Below, piece after piece: positions 35,941 to 49,110 of a stretch of 64,000 nucleotides of DNA (position 1 is its first letter; every line of letters begins with the position of its first letter). Origin of the DNA: Mobula hypostoma. Taxonomy: Eukaryota. The notes under the pieces are model-generated. The model saw only the letters and a list, made by a program, of their open reading frames with translations. It searched no databases and was not told the origin of the DNA. Both the position numbers and the translations under genes were made by a program. The DNA is taken from assembly GCF_963921235.1 (NCBI RefSeq), contig NC_086097.1:21950001-22014000 (forward strand), in the 5' to 3' direction.

Positions 35941-37064
35941 CCTATCTTTTATATATTGTTTATTTAGTGATTTATCTATCTTCTATTTATTTATTGTTTG
36001 TTTATTTATTTTTGAGATACAGCCTGATAACAGGCCCTTCTGAGTCAATAAACCCAATTACAGCCATGTGACCAATTAACCAATGCTAACCCATGAATCT
36101 TTGGAATGTGGGAGAAAACTGGAGCCCTTGGAAGAAACCCACCTGGTCATGGAGAGAAGATACAAACTCCTTACAGCGATGCAATTGAACACGGGTCGCT
36201 GGCGCAGTAAAAGCGCTGTGCTATTGTGCTACCCCAATATATTCCCTTCAATATACTCCCTTTTCACTCGTACCCTTCCTGCTGATATTCCCAGCCTGGA
36301 AAAGGACCTGGTCAAGAGCAACCAGTCTCCTGCAACGCCTCAGTTTTGGGAATATAAGACCATTGCAAACCAAGACTGTCTAATGCCCCTTTTGAACGCA
36401 CTGTGATTTCTGTGTAGAGTCATTGTAAATGGGTTTCCTTTTCAAAATCCAACTGGAATCTGGTTTCCATTGATGTGATTTGACTGATTAAATTGCTTGA
36501 TAATGGATAACCTTTGGAACAACAGGGCATTCCTAGCTATTCAATGCAAATAGATGCTAAAAATAGCAAGCAGCACTGTGGGAAAATGTAATTAAATGTA
36601 GTTCTCATGCAAAAGATCTAATTTGCTCATGCCTCAACTGTAAGTACAGGAGAACAATGAGACTGAGAGCATTAAAAGATACCATGTCTGTTCAATAAAA
36701 AAACAAAGCTGCTGGTTCTAACAACAATCTGCTGTTGAAATTCCTGCAACCCGACAAGTTACACAAGTAATATTTTAATGGAGATCAATATCTGTCATAG
36801 ACAGCATAAAGATGAAAAACACAAGAGCTTCTGCAGATGCAGGAAATCCAGAGTAACACACACAAAATGCTGGAGGAATTCAGTAGGTCAAGCTGCATCT
36901 GTGGAAATGAATAAACAGTTGCCGTTTCGGGTGAGTGCATGGAATGGGCTGCTGGCGGAAACGACGGGATCTTTTAAGAGACTCCCGGTTAGGTACATGG
37001 AGCTTAGAAAAATAAAGGGCTATTGGTAAACCTAGGTAGTTCTAAGGTAAGGACATGTTCAGCA

Positions 37065-37156
37065 CATAGTCATACTTTATTGATCCCCGGGGAAATTGGT
37101 TTTCGTTTTTCCCCTGGGATCAATAAAGTATGACTATGACTATGACTATGACTATG
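37065..37156. mobile_element. 92-bp head-to-head Rex1/Babar 3' tail insertion
   Basis: Both arms match the tail at 61461-61517; (GACTAT)n repeat; flanked by an AGCA(CA) duplication inside a CR1 tail. Confidence 0.85.
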
Positions 37157-37294
37157 AGCACAGCTTTGTGGGCCGAAGGGCCTGTATTGTGCTGTAGGTT
37201 TTCTATGTTTCTATGTTTCTAAATGTTGTAATTATACTCACCTCTACCACTTCTTATGGCAGTTCATTCCATTTACTCTCTGCCTTCTCACTTC

Positions 37295-37910
37295 GAACAT
37301 ATAGATTCATAGAAAAGTACAGCACAGAAACAGGCCCTTCAGCTCATCTAGTCCATGTCAAGCTATTCCACCTGCCTATTCCCAATGACCTGCACCAGGT
37401 CCATGGCCCTCCTTACCCTCCCCATCCATCTTCCCATCCAAACTTCTCTTAAGCATTGAAATCGAGCTTGCATGCACCACTTTTGCTGGCAGCTCGTTCC
37501 ACACCCTCACAACCCTCCAAGTGAAAAAGTTGCCCCTCCTGTGCCCTATAAACTTTTCACCTTTCACCCTTAACCCATAACCTCTGGTTGTAGTCCCACC
37601 CAGCCTCAGTGGAAAAAGCCTGCTTTCATTTACCCTCTCTATACCCCTCATAATTTTATATGCCTCTATCAAATCTCCTCTCAACCTTCTGTGGTCCAAG
37701 GAATAAAGTCCTAACCTATTCAACCTTTCCTTATAACTCAGGTCCTCCAGACCTAGCAATATCCTTGTAAATTTTCTCTGTACTCTTTCAACCTTATTTA
37801 CATCTTTCCCGCAGGTAGGTGTCAAAAATCTGCACACAGTACCGCAAAATAGTCCTCAACAATGTCTTATATAACTTCAACATAACATCCCATCTCCTGG
37901 ACTCAGTACC
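37295..37910 (-). mobile_element. CR1 3' fragment
   Basis: ORF 37376-37837: ERVQRKFTRIL...RGDLIEAYKIMRG...VWNELP. Confidence 0.9.
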
Positions 37911-38879
37911 CTCTATGCCCTCTGGTTTAAAATTTCCCCCTCTGTAGTTGAGGGAGAGTAGTAAGATGGCTGGAGAGATGAGTAGATTAAGGCTTCTATT
38001 CTCTAGAGTTTCATAAAAAGAAAGTCAACCTTATTGAGACATACAACATTAGACAGTCAACAGCATAGATCAGGGAGGATGAGGAGCCTGGAACCAGGTT
38101 CATAACACAAAATAAGGCATCGGCTTTTAAGACCTGATGAGGAGAAGTGTCTTCACTCAAGGGTGAGTCTCTGATCCCCAGAAGACTATAGAGGCTCAGT
38201 CACTGACTGCATTCAGTCCAGACATTAATAGATTGCTGGAACATAGCGGAATCAAAGATGTTAGGAATGGGAGAGGAAAATGGTGTTGAGAATGAAGATT
38301 AGCCATGATCTTGTTTAATGGCGAAGCCGACTCAAGAGGCCTGTTAACCTACACCTGCTCCTGTTTCTTCCAATTTACTATGCCCAATGTGAACACTTGC
38401 AAACATTGAAGTTGATTTCTCTCAGTCTTATTCAGAAGATCATTCTTGATAGCTCTTTGTAATGCAATACTACGTACAATGCTGCCTTTCCCTCTATAAG
38501 CAAACGCGGCTTTCTGACCAGCCATTTATAAATATAATGGACCTTTATGGCCCCGGTAGTCACATGCTGCTAATTTGAGTGCTTACCATTATCCATCTGC
38601 GTCTTGCCACTCAGCTAAGTGGGTCAATAAATCAATAGATGCTCTCAGTTAGAATGATAGCAGGTATTCAAAAGCCGACCAGAGAGAAAAAGGTTAAAAT
38701 ATGGCGATATGAAGTAGATATGTTCCCTTGGGTATTGAAGGATAAAAGGTGATCAAGCCTGGATGTTTTAACTGACAAAATGAGATACTGGGAAAAATCA
38801 AGTGATGTAGCGTCTGAATCAGATAGTCTACGCTGATCTCACAAAGTCTGGGCTCCCTGATCTCACAAAGTCTGGGCTT

Positions 38880-39660
38880 CTAAATCCCTCAAATTTACCA
38901 CACAAGTTGATAAGGTGGTTAAGAAGTCATGTGGTGTATTGGACTTCATTAGTGGGGGACTGAGTTCAAGAGCTTTGAGGTAATGTTGCAGGCTCTATAA
39001 AACTCTGGTCAGATCAGAGACCTAAACACTTGGAATATTGTGTTTAGTTCTGGTCACTTCATTATAGGAAGGATGTAGGAAGCATTAGAGAGAGTGTAAA
39101 GGAGATTTACCAGGATGCTTCCTGAACTAGAGGGCATGTCTTCTGAAGATAGGTTGAGTGATCTAATGCTTTTCCCTTTGGAGTGAAGGAGGAAGGTCTT
39201 GTCCTGGATTGTCGACTGTTTGCTGTTTGTCGTAGGCGCCACCTGTCCTGCTGAGATCCTCCACCATTTTATGCGTGTTGTTTGGAATCTCCAGCGTCTG
39301 CAGATTTTCTCATGAAATGATAGATCTGTGCAAGATGATAAAAGGCGTTGATAGAGTGGATAGCCAGCGACTTTATCCCAGGGTAAAAATGGCCAATACA
39401 AGGGAGCATAATTTAAGATGATTGGAGGAAAGTATGGGGGTGGGGTGAATGTCAGAGAGTGGTGAGTGTGTGGAATGCCCTTGCAAGGGGTGAGGCTAGA
39501 GGCAGATACTATACATTTAAGATGCTCCTAGATAGGAATATGGATGATGGAAAAATGAAGGGATATGTATGAGGGAAGGGTTAGATTGATCTTAAAGTAG
39601 GTTAAAATGTTGGCACAACATCATGGGCCAATGGACCTGTACTGTGCTGTAATGTTTTAT
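38880..39660 (+). mobile_element. CR1 3' fragment with nested decayed pLTR (about 39194-39310)
   Basis: LEYCV.FWS and RRFTRMLP signatures; embedded cctgctgagatcctccaccatttt...ccagcgtctgcaga. Confidence 0.75.
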
Positions 39661-40179
39661 AACCCCCACCCCCTACCTCCCACCCAGCTTCTTATTGCCT
39701 TTGAATAAGGTGAGAGCAACATCAAGAAAAATAAAGTTTGAAGTTTATCATGTTGCTCTGCAGCCTTTTTGGAAGGACATTTTGTCTCAGAGATTTCTCA
39801 ATCTAAATTAATTACAGTGAGGCCATCTGATCCCTTGTTAGATTCAAGTACTGTCCTCACAGGCAGGGGTGGCTAGATCCATCTCTCACACAATGTGACA
39901 ACGCAGCCCATGTCCAATCGAGATGTCTGAATTCATATGTGTTCTATTGGAATGTGGCTGGTATTCATCCTTACCTTATTGAGAGGTTATTGGGATCCAT
40001 CCATTTTATAGACTTGCAGCTTGGGAAAAGGAATCCTGTATAATTGTGTATAATTTATGTTTCTCTTTAAAAACATTTTAATTTTGACTTTGGCTCAATT
40101 TGTCATGCTAAACAAGGTGCCTTCCTGGGCTCGAACCATTTGCCCGTGTTTGGTCCGTATATCCTTAAGCCTTTCAATA

Positions 40180-40995
40180 GGTTTTAATCGGTACATTTAA
40201 CGTCAGAGAAATGTAATCAATGTACATCCTGAAATTCTTTTTCTTCACAGACGTCCACGAAAACAGAGGAGTGCCCCAAAGAATGAATGACAGTTAAATG
40301 TTAGAACCCCAAAGTGCCCCACCCCAGCTCCTCCCCCACACACAAGCAGCAGCAGAGCAACGACCCCCCTCTCCCACCAGCAAAAAAGCATCTGCTCCCT
40401 CCACCAAGCACTCAAGCATGCAGCAAAGCATCAATAAAGACACAGACTTGCAGTACCCCAAAGACTACTCGTTCACCTGGTAATTCGACATACCACAGGG
40501 TCTCTCTCTCCCTAATAATGGAAAAAGAGACGTCCCCATTTCACAGCGAGAGGGGAGACATAACAAACAATTCGCTGATTTATGATGTTAAAAGTCTGTT
40601 GCGTTGCTTTTTCCAAGCTCTGCATCCAGAGAGCTCAGGTCTCTGGACACACAGCATGTGGCAGCTAACCCGCTGCTCCCGATGTTCCATGTTCTCCCTC
40701 GACGCCTCAGTTGGGGGCACCGGCCTTGAATCAGCCCATCTCCAGAGAGACAAAAATCCAGAACCCTGAAAGCATGCTAGTCTTCCAGGCTGTGTCCTTG
40801 GGATATCAAAAAGCGGCCAGTCGTGAGGCCCTGAGAGCAGGTCCCATTCCCGCAAAGAACCAAAGTCAGAGTGTAACTCCAGGTCAGGGTCTTCAAAAGA
40901 ATCTTGAAAAGGAAGAAAAGGAGATATCAAAGATAGAAATAGAGCTATTTCCAAAGATGCAAGCAAAGCAGTTGCCACTTAGTGCCACGTTCTTA
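40180..40995 (-). mobile_element. Unclassified interspersed repeat (non-coding retroposon-like)
   Basis: Interrupts a minus-strand CR1 3' remnant (about 40110-40175 and 40995-41135); no credible ORF. Confidence 0.45.
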
Positions 40996-41169
40996 CCCAC
41001 GTATCTGTCCAAATATCTTTTAAACATTGTAAATGCCCTTGCCTCTGGCACTCGTTCCATGTAACCTACCACCCTCTATGTAAGAGCCGCAGGTCCCCTT
41101 TAAATATTCCCCCAAACTTAAACCTATGCCCTCAACATTTAGACTCCCCTCATGTGAGAAATGGCTGGC

Positions 41170-41930
41170 AGGGTGGAAATCAAAAAATCTGAGATGCAAA
41201 GTGACTTAGGAGTCCTTGCGCAGAACACCATAAAGGTTAACTTGCAGGTCGAGTCGGTAGTGAGGAAGGCAAATGCCATGTTAGCATTCATTTCAGGAGG
41301 TCTAGAATACAAGACCTCAAGAGCAGGGATGTGATGCTGAGGCATTATAAGGCACTAGTGAGGCCTCACCTTTATTGTGAACAGTTTTGGGCCCCTCATC
41401 TTAGAAGAGATGTGCTGGCATTGGAGAGGGTCTAGAGGAGGTTTACAAGGATGATTCCAGGAATGAAAGGGTTATCATACGAGGAACATTTGATGGCTCT
41501 GGGTCCGAACTTGCTGGAATTCAGAAGGACAAGGGGAGATCTCACTGAAACCTTTCGAATGTTGAAAGGCCTAGACAGAGTAGATGTGGAAAGGATGTTT
41601 CCCATGGTGGGAGAATATAGGACAAGAGGGCACAGCCTCAGGATAGAGGGCAGCCCTTTCAAAACAGACATGCAGAGAAATTTCTTTAGCCAAAGGGTGG
41701 TGAACTTGTGGGAATTTATTGCCACATGCAGCTGTGGAGGCCAGGTCGTAGGGTGTATTTAAGGCAGAGATTAATAGGTTCTTGATTGGACATGGCATCA
41801 AAGGTCATGGGGAGAAGACTGGGAGCTGAGGTTGAGGAGGAGAAAAAAAAGGGTCAGCCATGATTGAATGGCGGAGCAAACTCAATGGGCCAGATGGCCT
41901 AATTCTGCTCCTATGTCTAATGGTCTTATG
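41170..41930 (+). mobile_element. CR1 3' fragment
   Basis: MIPGMKGLSYEE...RGDLTETFRMLKG...FFSQRVVNLW plus tail; close relative of 26220-26945. Confidence 0.9.
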
Positions 41931-41949
41931 GATACGTTTCTACCTAAGG

Positions 41950-42290
41950 AAGTGTAGGGCCTTTCTTGCCTCCGCACCCTTGGGCAAGGTGTAGTACCTG
42001 CTTAAACACCACCCCCCCCCCCCCCGTTAACAGAGTCGCATGAAACCATGGGAGCAGGTGGGTAGATGGTTGTACGAGCAGCTGGTGCATATCACAAGTC
42101 CTGGTATGGAAACACTGACTCCAGGCAGACAATCTCTGAAGAGTATTGATAATGGCTGGGATCACCCATCTTGTAAAAACACTGCCCAGAAGAAGGCAAT
42201 GGCTAACCACTTCTGTCGAAAAATTTGGGAAGAACAATCATAGTCATGGAGAAACCATGATCACCTCCATCATACAACATGGCACATAGC
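41950..42290 (+). mobile_element. SINE-like element with RTE/BovB-type 3' end
   Basis: GAAGGCAATGGCTAACCACTTC motif near the 3' end. Confidence 0.5.
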
Positions 42291-42549
42291 AAACATGAGA
42301 ACAAGACTGTGACCATTCACTTTACCTATGACCTTATGGGGATGTTGCTCAGACACATTTGTGTACCATTGATAAACTGGTCTGTTATTGTCACACATAC
42401 AGTAAAAAGTCAGAATCAGAGTTGTGTTTTATATGACGTGAAAGCTGTTGTTTTGCACCAGCAGTACTGTGCAAAAACATTAAAATTACTATAGACTACA
42501 AAATAAATAAGTAGTGCAAAAAAAGAAAGGAATAACGAGGTTCCTGGTG

Positions 42550-43540
42550 CATTCAGAAGAAGGAACCTCACAGAAGAGGAGAGTAGACCACAGGAGAAAG
42601 GGAAGGAGGAGGGGCACCAGGGGGAGGTGATAGGCAGGTGAGGAGAAGAGAAGAGATAAGAGGGAGCCAGAGTGGAGAATGGAAGAAGGGGGAGGGGGGG
42701 AAAATTGTCAGAAGTTAGAGAAATCAATGTTCATGCCATCAGGTTGGAGGCTACCCAGACAGAATATGAGCTGTTGCTCCTCCAACCTGAGAGTGGCTTC
42801 ATCGTGGTAGTAGAGAAGACCACATAGGGAGGGACGAATGGACAAGGATATCACAGAGAGAGTGATCCCGGCAGAAAGTGGAGAGTGGGGAGGGGTAACG
42901 ACATGTTTGGTGGTAGGATCCTGTTGAAGATGGCAGAAGTTAATAAGAATGTTTGCTGGATTTGGAGGCTCATGGGGTGGTAAGAGGAACCCTATCCCTG
43001 TTAAGGCAGTAGGAAGGTGTCGTGAGGGTGGCGGAGATGCAGGTGAGGGTAGCATCAATGGTGTGGGAAGGACAACCTCATTCTTTGAAGAAGGACGGCA
43101 TTTCTGATGTTCTAGAAAGGAAAGCCACATCCTGGGAACAGATGCTGTGGAGACAAAGGAACTGAGAAAAGGGAATGGCATTTTTACAGGTGACAGGGTG
43201 GGAAGTAGTCAAGATAGCTGTGAGAGTCAGTAGATTTATAAATGATTTGTAGACAATTTGTCCTCTGACTTGGAGACAGGGAGATCAAAAAAAGGGTGAG
43301 AGGTGTCAGAAATTCCAAGTGAATCTAAGGGCAGGGTGGAGGCTGCAAGTAAAATTGAAGAAGTTTTTGAGCTCAGCATGGGTACATGAAGCAACACCAA
43401 TGCAGTCGTCAATGTAGCACAGAATGAGTTAGGGAGCGTTACTAGTGAATGCTTGGAACATGGACAGTTCCAAGTAGCCAGTGAAACGTCAGATATAGCT
43501 GGGGCCTATGTGGGTGGTTATGGCTACCCCTTGGGTCTGG
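42550..43540 (-). mobile_element. Penelope-like element with RT core, internally deleted
   Basis: Minus: QTQGVA..HIGPSY, YIDDC (43402-43416), NAIPFSQFL, LEEQQLIFCLGSLQPDGMNIDF. Confidence 0.88.
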
Positions 43541-46043
43541 AATACGCAGAGAATGGAGGGATGTGGATATGGGCAGGCAAAAGAGAGTTAGTTTAATTTT
43601 CCATTGTATTTGGCACAGACACCATGGGCCATAGAAGCCTGTTCTTGTACAACACTGCTCTTCATCCATTGGCTTCCTGGACAGGAGGGCAAAACTAACG
43701 ACTCTGAACTATAACCACTGTGTTACAATAAATAAAATAATCAACGTCACTTTGCTGGGTTCAAACCCAGACTACGACGATGAAAGGAGTTCCCAACTTC
43801 ATTGCAGTTATTCATTACTCATGAGATCCTGGAGGACTGGCGAGTAGCTGATGTCGCACCGTTATTCAAGAAGGTAAAGGGGATAGTCCTGGAAACTACA
43901 CACTGACTGTGAAGGAACAACATGCTGAGGAAATAAGAAGATAACCAACACTCCATTCAGAGTTACTTCGTTCAGTCTCTCTGCCCTGAGTCTGAGAGTC
44001 TACTGGGGAAGTCGAAGGCCCCGATGTCTGCATTGACAAGCCCAATGGAGGCTGGTAGCCTGGAGTTGGCTTATCCTAGAATTGGAGGAGTGTGTGTGAG
44101 TGAGTGAGTGAGTGGACGGGAGGGTGGACAGGAGCTTGTTCTGCTGTTGTTGGCTTGTGTTGCTCTGCTGAACATGGCGGGCATGCTATGTTGCACCAAG
44201 ATGTGTGGCACCACTTGTGAAATGCCCCCAGCTCAACCTTAGGTTGTGTTGATTGTTGATGCAATCGATGCATTTCACTGCGTGTTTTGACGTTCGTGTG
44301 GTAAGTTGAATGACTCTGAATCTTTAAATAAACTCCCTCTCACACATCCACTGAAACTAAGGGTCAGTTGTAAATTCCATGTCTGAGGGTGTTTGAGTTT
44401 TGTGGGGCTCAGGGTTAACAGATGATGCAACTGAGGGATCTGAGATACAGATGAACAGTGGTCTAATTTACAGCAGAACATGGAGTGGGTGCGGCAACTC
44501 CCCACCCCGACGTGCTCCTAAAGTTCAAGGTGATTCAGTGCAGAGTTTGTCACCAATTACCCAGCCTTCATTTGGATATCAGAACCCAGTGAAGGTTGAC
44601 TAACCAGCTCACCTTAATCTCCATATATCTTTGGAGAGTTACCTACATGCTGCTTCTGAAGCTGAAATACTGCTTGGTTCAGTATAGACAAAAACAAATG
44701 ATAATGGTAGGTGACTACGCAGCTTATCTGTTGCAACAGAGCTGTCCTTTAAGTGGATTTGACTGAACCGGTACCTGCATCTGTAATAATCACAGATCCG
44801 TACATTATCTGGCTTGCTGGTTTCCCACCGCAAACCCCTTCCAAACGGTACATGCCTTCAACATTAGGTTGCAATTTGAGTAAGATTTTTTTTTCCTGTT
44901 TTTACTTATGAAGTATTTTTTATTTTGCACAAAGGCTTATGTTTCATCAAAGCAAATATTGCAAACTGTGGAAGCTAGCAGTACAGCTGGCTTCGTTAAT
45001 CATTTGTGCTTCAGTGAGCAGCACGTGGAGCATACCGCATGGGCCACAGCTCAAGAACGCCATCCACCACCTGATTCCTCAGGGGAATTAAGGATACTGA
45101 AATACCAGACCTGGCCCATGACACTGTCATCTCATAAATTAATTTTAAAAATCTTCTCATCCCTTTAGTCACGTGCTTGTGGGTTTCAGTCTAACTCCAG
45201 AGAGTTGAACACAGGACAAAGGCTGCAGCTTCACTGAATGTGTTCAACAGAGACTTCCCTTCTTTGGAAGAGACTACCTCAGTACAGCAACACCACTTTG
45301 ACCACTTTGCACTGCAATGGACTTTGATTTGATTTTTGTTCTAATTGTGTTCTTCCTTGTAAAATTGGTGTTTCATTTATTTGACCCTCTTGTGAATTCT
45401 GCTTTATGATGCTCTGTGATGCTGCCCCCAGGAAGTTTTTCATTGCATCTGTGCACATATGTACTTGTGTATATGACAGTAAACTCAAACTTGGCTCGAC
45501 TTAAGACATCGAGCTGTGGCCTCCCTGACCCTTCAGGTGATGTTAAATATGACGTGACATGGCTTCCCTGTGACTTGACTAATATGTTCCCTGACTGCCA
45601 GCAACATAATTGTCTGCTCATTGATCCTGTTGCCATTTGCAGGATGTAGCTGTGCACTGACTGGCTGTCCTGCTCCCTGCTTTCCAACAGTGACTGCACT
45701 ACATGTGTTCCTCATTGCTGTCAACGACTGCAGAGTCCTGAGACTGTGAAATGCCTTTCTTTGCTTCTCCAAAGGAGGGAGAAATTTTCCAGTGTTGTGC
45801 TGCTCAGGTGGAGACCCAGCCCATTGGGAATGCGCATGGAAAGTCCAGGCTACATTTTCCAGAGACTTATGAATAGCAAAATTAAGGATCCAGGTAACTA
45901 ATCACAGCAGACTACATGCAACAGGCTAAGTGGTTTCATTTTACTGGGATGTGAGGGCATCCATCGCACCATCGGGCAGGTCCTTTGATGGGAGTTCAAG
46001 GTGGTTCTGTATATCACCAAAGACACGAGAATTTTCTATAGAT

Positions 46044-47354
46044 AGAATTAGAATTTATTTCAAACTTACATCCATCCCACAATGTGAGGGAGTAAAAGTC
46101 TTTATGCCATGACTTCGTTGCAATGTACAGAAATGTGAATTTAAAAGTCTAATTTCTTGTAGAAAGAAGCTGCCCCGTTGCCTGTTGGTCCTGGCTTTAA
46201 TGCTGCGGTACGTTTGCCAGACGGAAGCAGCTGAAACAGTTTATTGTTGGGTGACTGGTGTTCCTGATGATCTTCCTGGCCTTCTTTCTGCACCTGCTGC
46301 TGTAAATGTCCTCAATGGAGGGAAGTTCACATCCACAAATGTGCTGGGCTATCTGTACCACTCTCTGCAGTGCCCAGCGATCAAGGTTGGTACAGTTCCC
46401 AAACCAGGCGGTGATACAGCCAGTCAGGATGCCCTCAGTGGTGCAAAATTAGGGATCCAGGTAACTAATCACAGCAGACTACATGCAACAGGCTAAATGG
46501 TTTCATTTTACTGGGATGTGAGGGCATCCATCGCACCATTGGATGCGCAAGGGCAGGTCCTTTGATGAGAGTTCAAGGTGATTCTGTATATCACCAAGGT
46601 CTAGAGGATCTGGGGGCCCATGCTGAACTTCTTCAGTTGTCTGAGGTGGAAAGGACGCTGTTGTACTTTTTCTGCCACAAAGCTGGTGTGTACAGTCCAG
46701 GTGAGATCATCGGTGTGTGTACTCAGGAACTTGAAACTACTCACCCTCTCAACAGCAGACCCGTCGATGTTGATTGGGCAGAGCCTGTCTCCGTTCCTTC
46801 TGTAATCCACAATCAGCTCTTTTGATTTTTGGACATTGAGGGAGAGGTTGGTATCTTGGCACCACTATGTCAGGCTGTCAACCTCTCCTCTGTAGGCTGT
46901 CTCATTACCACTCGGAATAAGGCCGATCAAAGTCGTGTCATCTGCGAATTTGATCAGCAGATTGGAGCTGTGTGTGGCAGTACAGTCATGGGTGTAAAAG
47001 AAGTAGAGAAGGGCCTCAGTACACAACCCTGGGGGGGGCACCTATGCTGACAGTCAGAGGGGCAGAGGTGAGGGAGCTCATCGTTACCACCTGTCGGCGA
47101 TCCAGTGGGAAGTCTCGGATCCAGCTGCACAAAACGGGGTGCAAGCCGAGGTCTCTGAGCTTCCTGCCATGTCTGGAGGGAATTATGGTGTTGAATGCTG
47201 AACTATGGTCCAGGAACAGCATTCTAATTTATAGATCCTTCTTCTGCAGGTGAGTGAGGATGGTGTGTAGTGCAGTGACTGTGGCGTCATTGGTAGACCA
47301 GTTTTGTTGATAGGCGAGTTGTAGGGGGTCCAGTGTGGGTGGTAGCATGCTGCC
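46044..47354 (-). mobile_element. Rex1/Babar-like LINE fragment nested in an older plus-strand copy
   Basis: [38 protein letters not shown]. The older element resumes at 47355; GAT occurs at both junctions. Confidence 0.85.
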
Positions 47355-47926
47355 GATGTAAAGTTGAGAGCATTCTGACTGGTTGCACCACAGCCTGGTG
47401 TGGAGGCTCCTATGCACAGGATTGCAAGAAACTGCAGTGTGTTGTAAACTGTCAGAGAATTTTTAAATTAAAGCTTGATACCAGACTTCAAGTGGTGAAT
47501 ATTTTATTTTTGCATGGTGTCATGGAGAGTCCACATGAGTGGAACTTTTGAGTTACAAGGGAAGCAGCTTGTTTATACCAAGTAGCAGACAAGTGAGCAA
47601 GATCAGTACCACCGCCTCCTCCCTTAGATGTCAAGGAGTTGACACTCCATAGTGTCTTTTCTCATGATTTGTGGCACCTTTGTCTATGCTTATCTTGGTT
47701 ATCCAGCTGTGTTATCACTGCAAGGAGCAGTATTAGTGCCTAGCACAATAATCTTGGTTATGCAGATTTGCGGCTTAATTGGAAAACACAGGATGTCCAC
47801 AAGGTCACAAAGCTTTAGCAACACAAAGCTCTTTTAATCCTATGTATGAAATTTTCTTCCACACAGACTCAGCCGGCTCACTCATGGACACAAGCTGGCA
47901 TCCATCACTGAGGGTCATCACCAGCT

Positions 47927-48187
47927 GGGACACGGTAGCGTAGTGGTTAGTGTAAGGTTATTGCAGGGCCTGAGACGCAGGTTCAATTCCTGCCACTGCC
48001 TGGAAGGAGTTTGCTCGTTCTCCCCACTACCGTGTGGGTTTCCTCCGGATGCCCCGGTTTCCTTCCACATTCTAAAGACGTACAAGTCAGTAGGTTAATT
48101 GGTCACATGGGTGTAATTGGGCAGAGCGGACTCACTTGTCTGAAGGGTCCTGTTACCATGTTGTATCCCTAAATAGAGAAAAAAAAA
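47927..48187 (+). mobile_element. Full V-SINE-like element
   Basis: A box TAGCGTAGTGG, B box GGTTCAATTCC, V-core gtgtgggtttcctccggatgccccggtttcc, LINE-like tail and A-rich end. Confidence 0.85.
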
Positions 48188-48635
48188 CACTGGAATGCGA
48201 GGACATTTATCCCACACGTTGCATCTCCCAAGGGCAGATTTGTTGATGGCAGTTTGAGGATATTTGATATATCACCAAAGAATCTGACAAAATTTCTATA
48301 GATGTAAAATGGAGAGTGTTCTAACTGGTTACAACGCAACCTGGGTGGAGCTCCAATGCACAGGATTGCAAGGTTCTGCAGAAGGCTGTAGACTCAGTCA
48401 CCTCCATCATGGGCACTAGCCTACCCTCACACCACTGAGGACATCTTCAAGAGGCAGTGGATCACCATCGCTGAGGACCCTCACCATTTGGGACATCTGG
48501 GGTGACACGGTAGCATAACGATTTGTCTAACATTATTACAGCGCCAGTGACCCAGGTTCAATTCCCACCACTGTCTTTAAGGAGTTTGCACGTTCTCACC
48601 ATGGACATATGAGTTTCCTTTGGGTGCTCTGGATT

Positions 48636-49110
48636 CAGAATCAGAATCAGCTTTAATATCATTATCACCTACATATACTGTGAAATTTGCAGTACAATGC
48701 AGTACATAACCATAGAAAAAACATGAATTACCATGAATTACAGTAAGTGTACGTATACCCACTAGTTAAATTAAATAAGTAGCGCAAAAAGAGAAATTAA
48801 AAAGTAGTGAGGTAGTGTTCATGGGTTCAATGTTTATTCAGAAGTCAGATGTTGGAGGGGGAGAAGCTGTTCCTGAATCTTTGTGTATTTGCCTTCAGGC
48901 TTCTGTACCTCTTTCCTAATGGTAGCAATGAGAACAAAGCATGACCTGGGTGATGGGGGTCCTTAATGATGGTCGCCACCTTTTTAAGGCATTGCCCCTT
49001 GACGATGTCTTGGATACTATGGAGATTAGTGCCCATGATAGAGCTGATGAAGGTTACAACCCTCTGCATCTTATTTTGATCCTGTGCAGTAGCTCCCTTC
49101 CCCCATACCA
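48636..49110 (-). mobile_element. Rex1/Babar-like 3' fragment with (GATTCT)n tail, splitting a V-SINE
   Basis: KDPHHPGHALFSLLPLGKRYRSL...FRNSF; SINE halves at 48500-48632 and 49115-49245. Confidence 0.8.

Noticed and set aside
38833..38879. 22-nt direct repeat CTGATCTCACAAAGTCTGGGCT x2
   Set aside because: A simple local duplication at a CR1 5' junction with no further structure.
47927..48000. tRNA gene candidates at SINE heads
   Set aside because: A/B boxes are present but there is no cloverleaf, and each continues into a SINE body.
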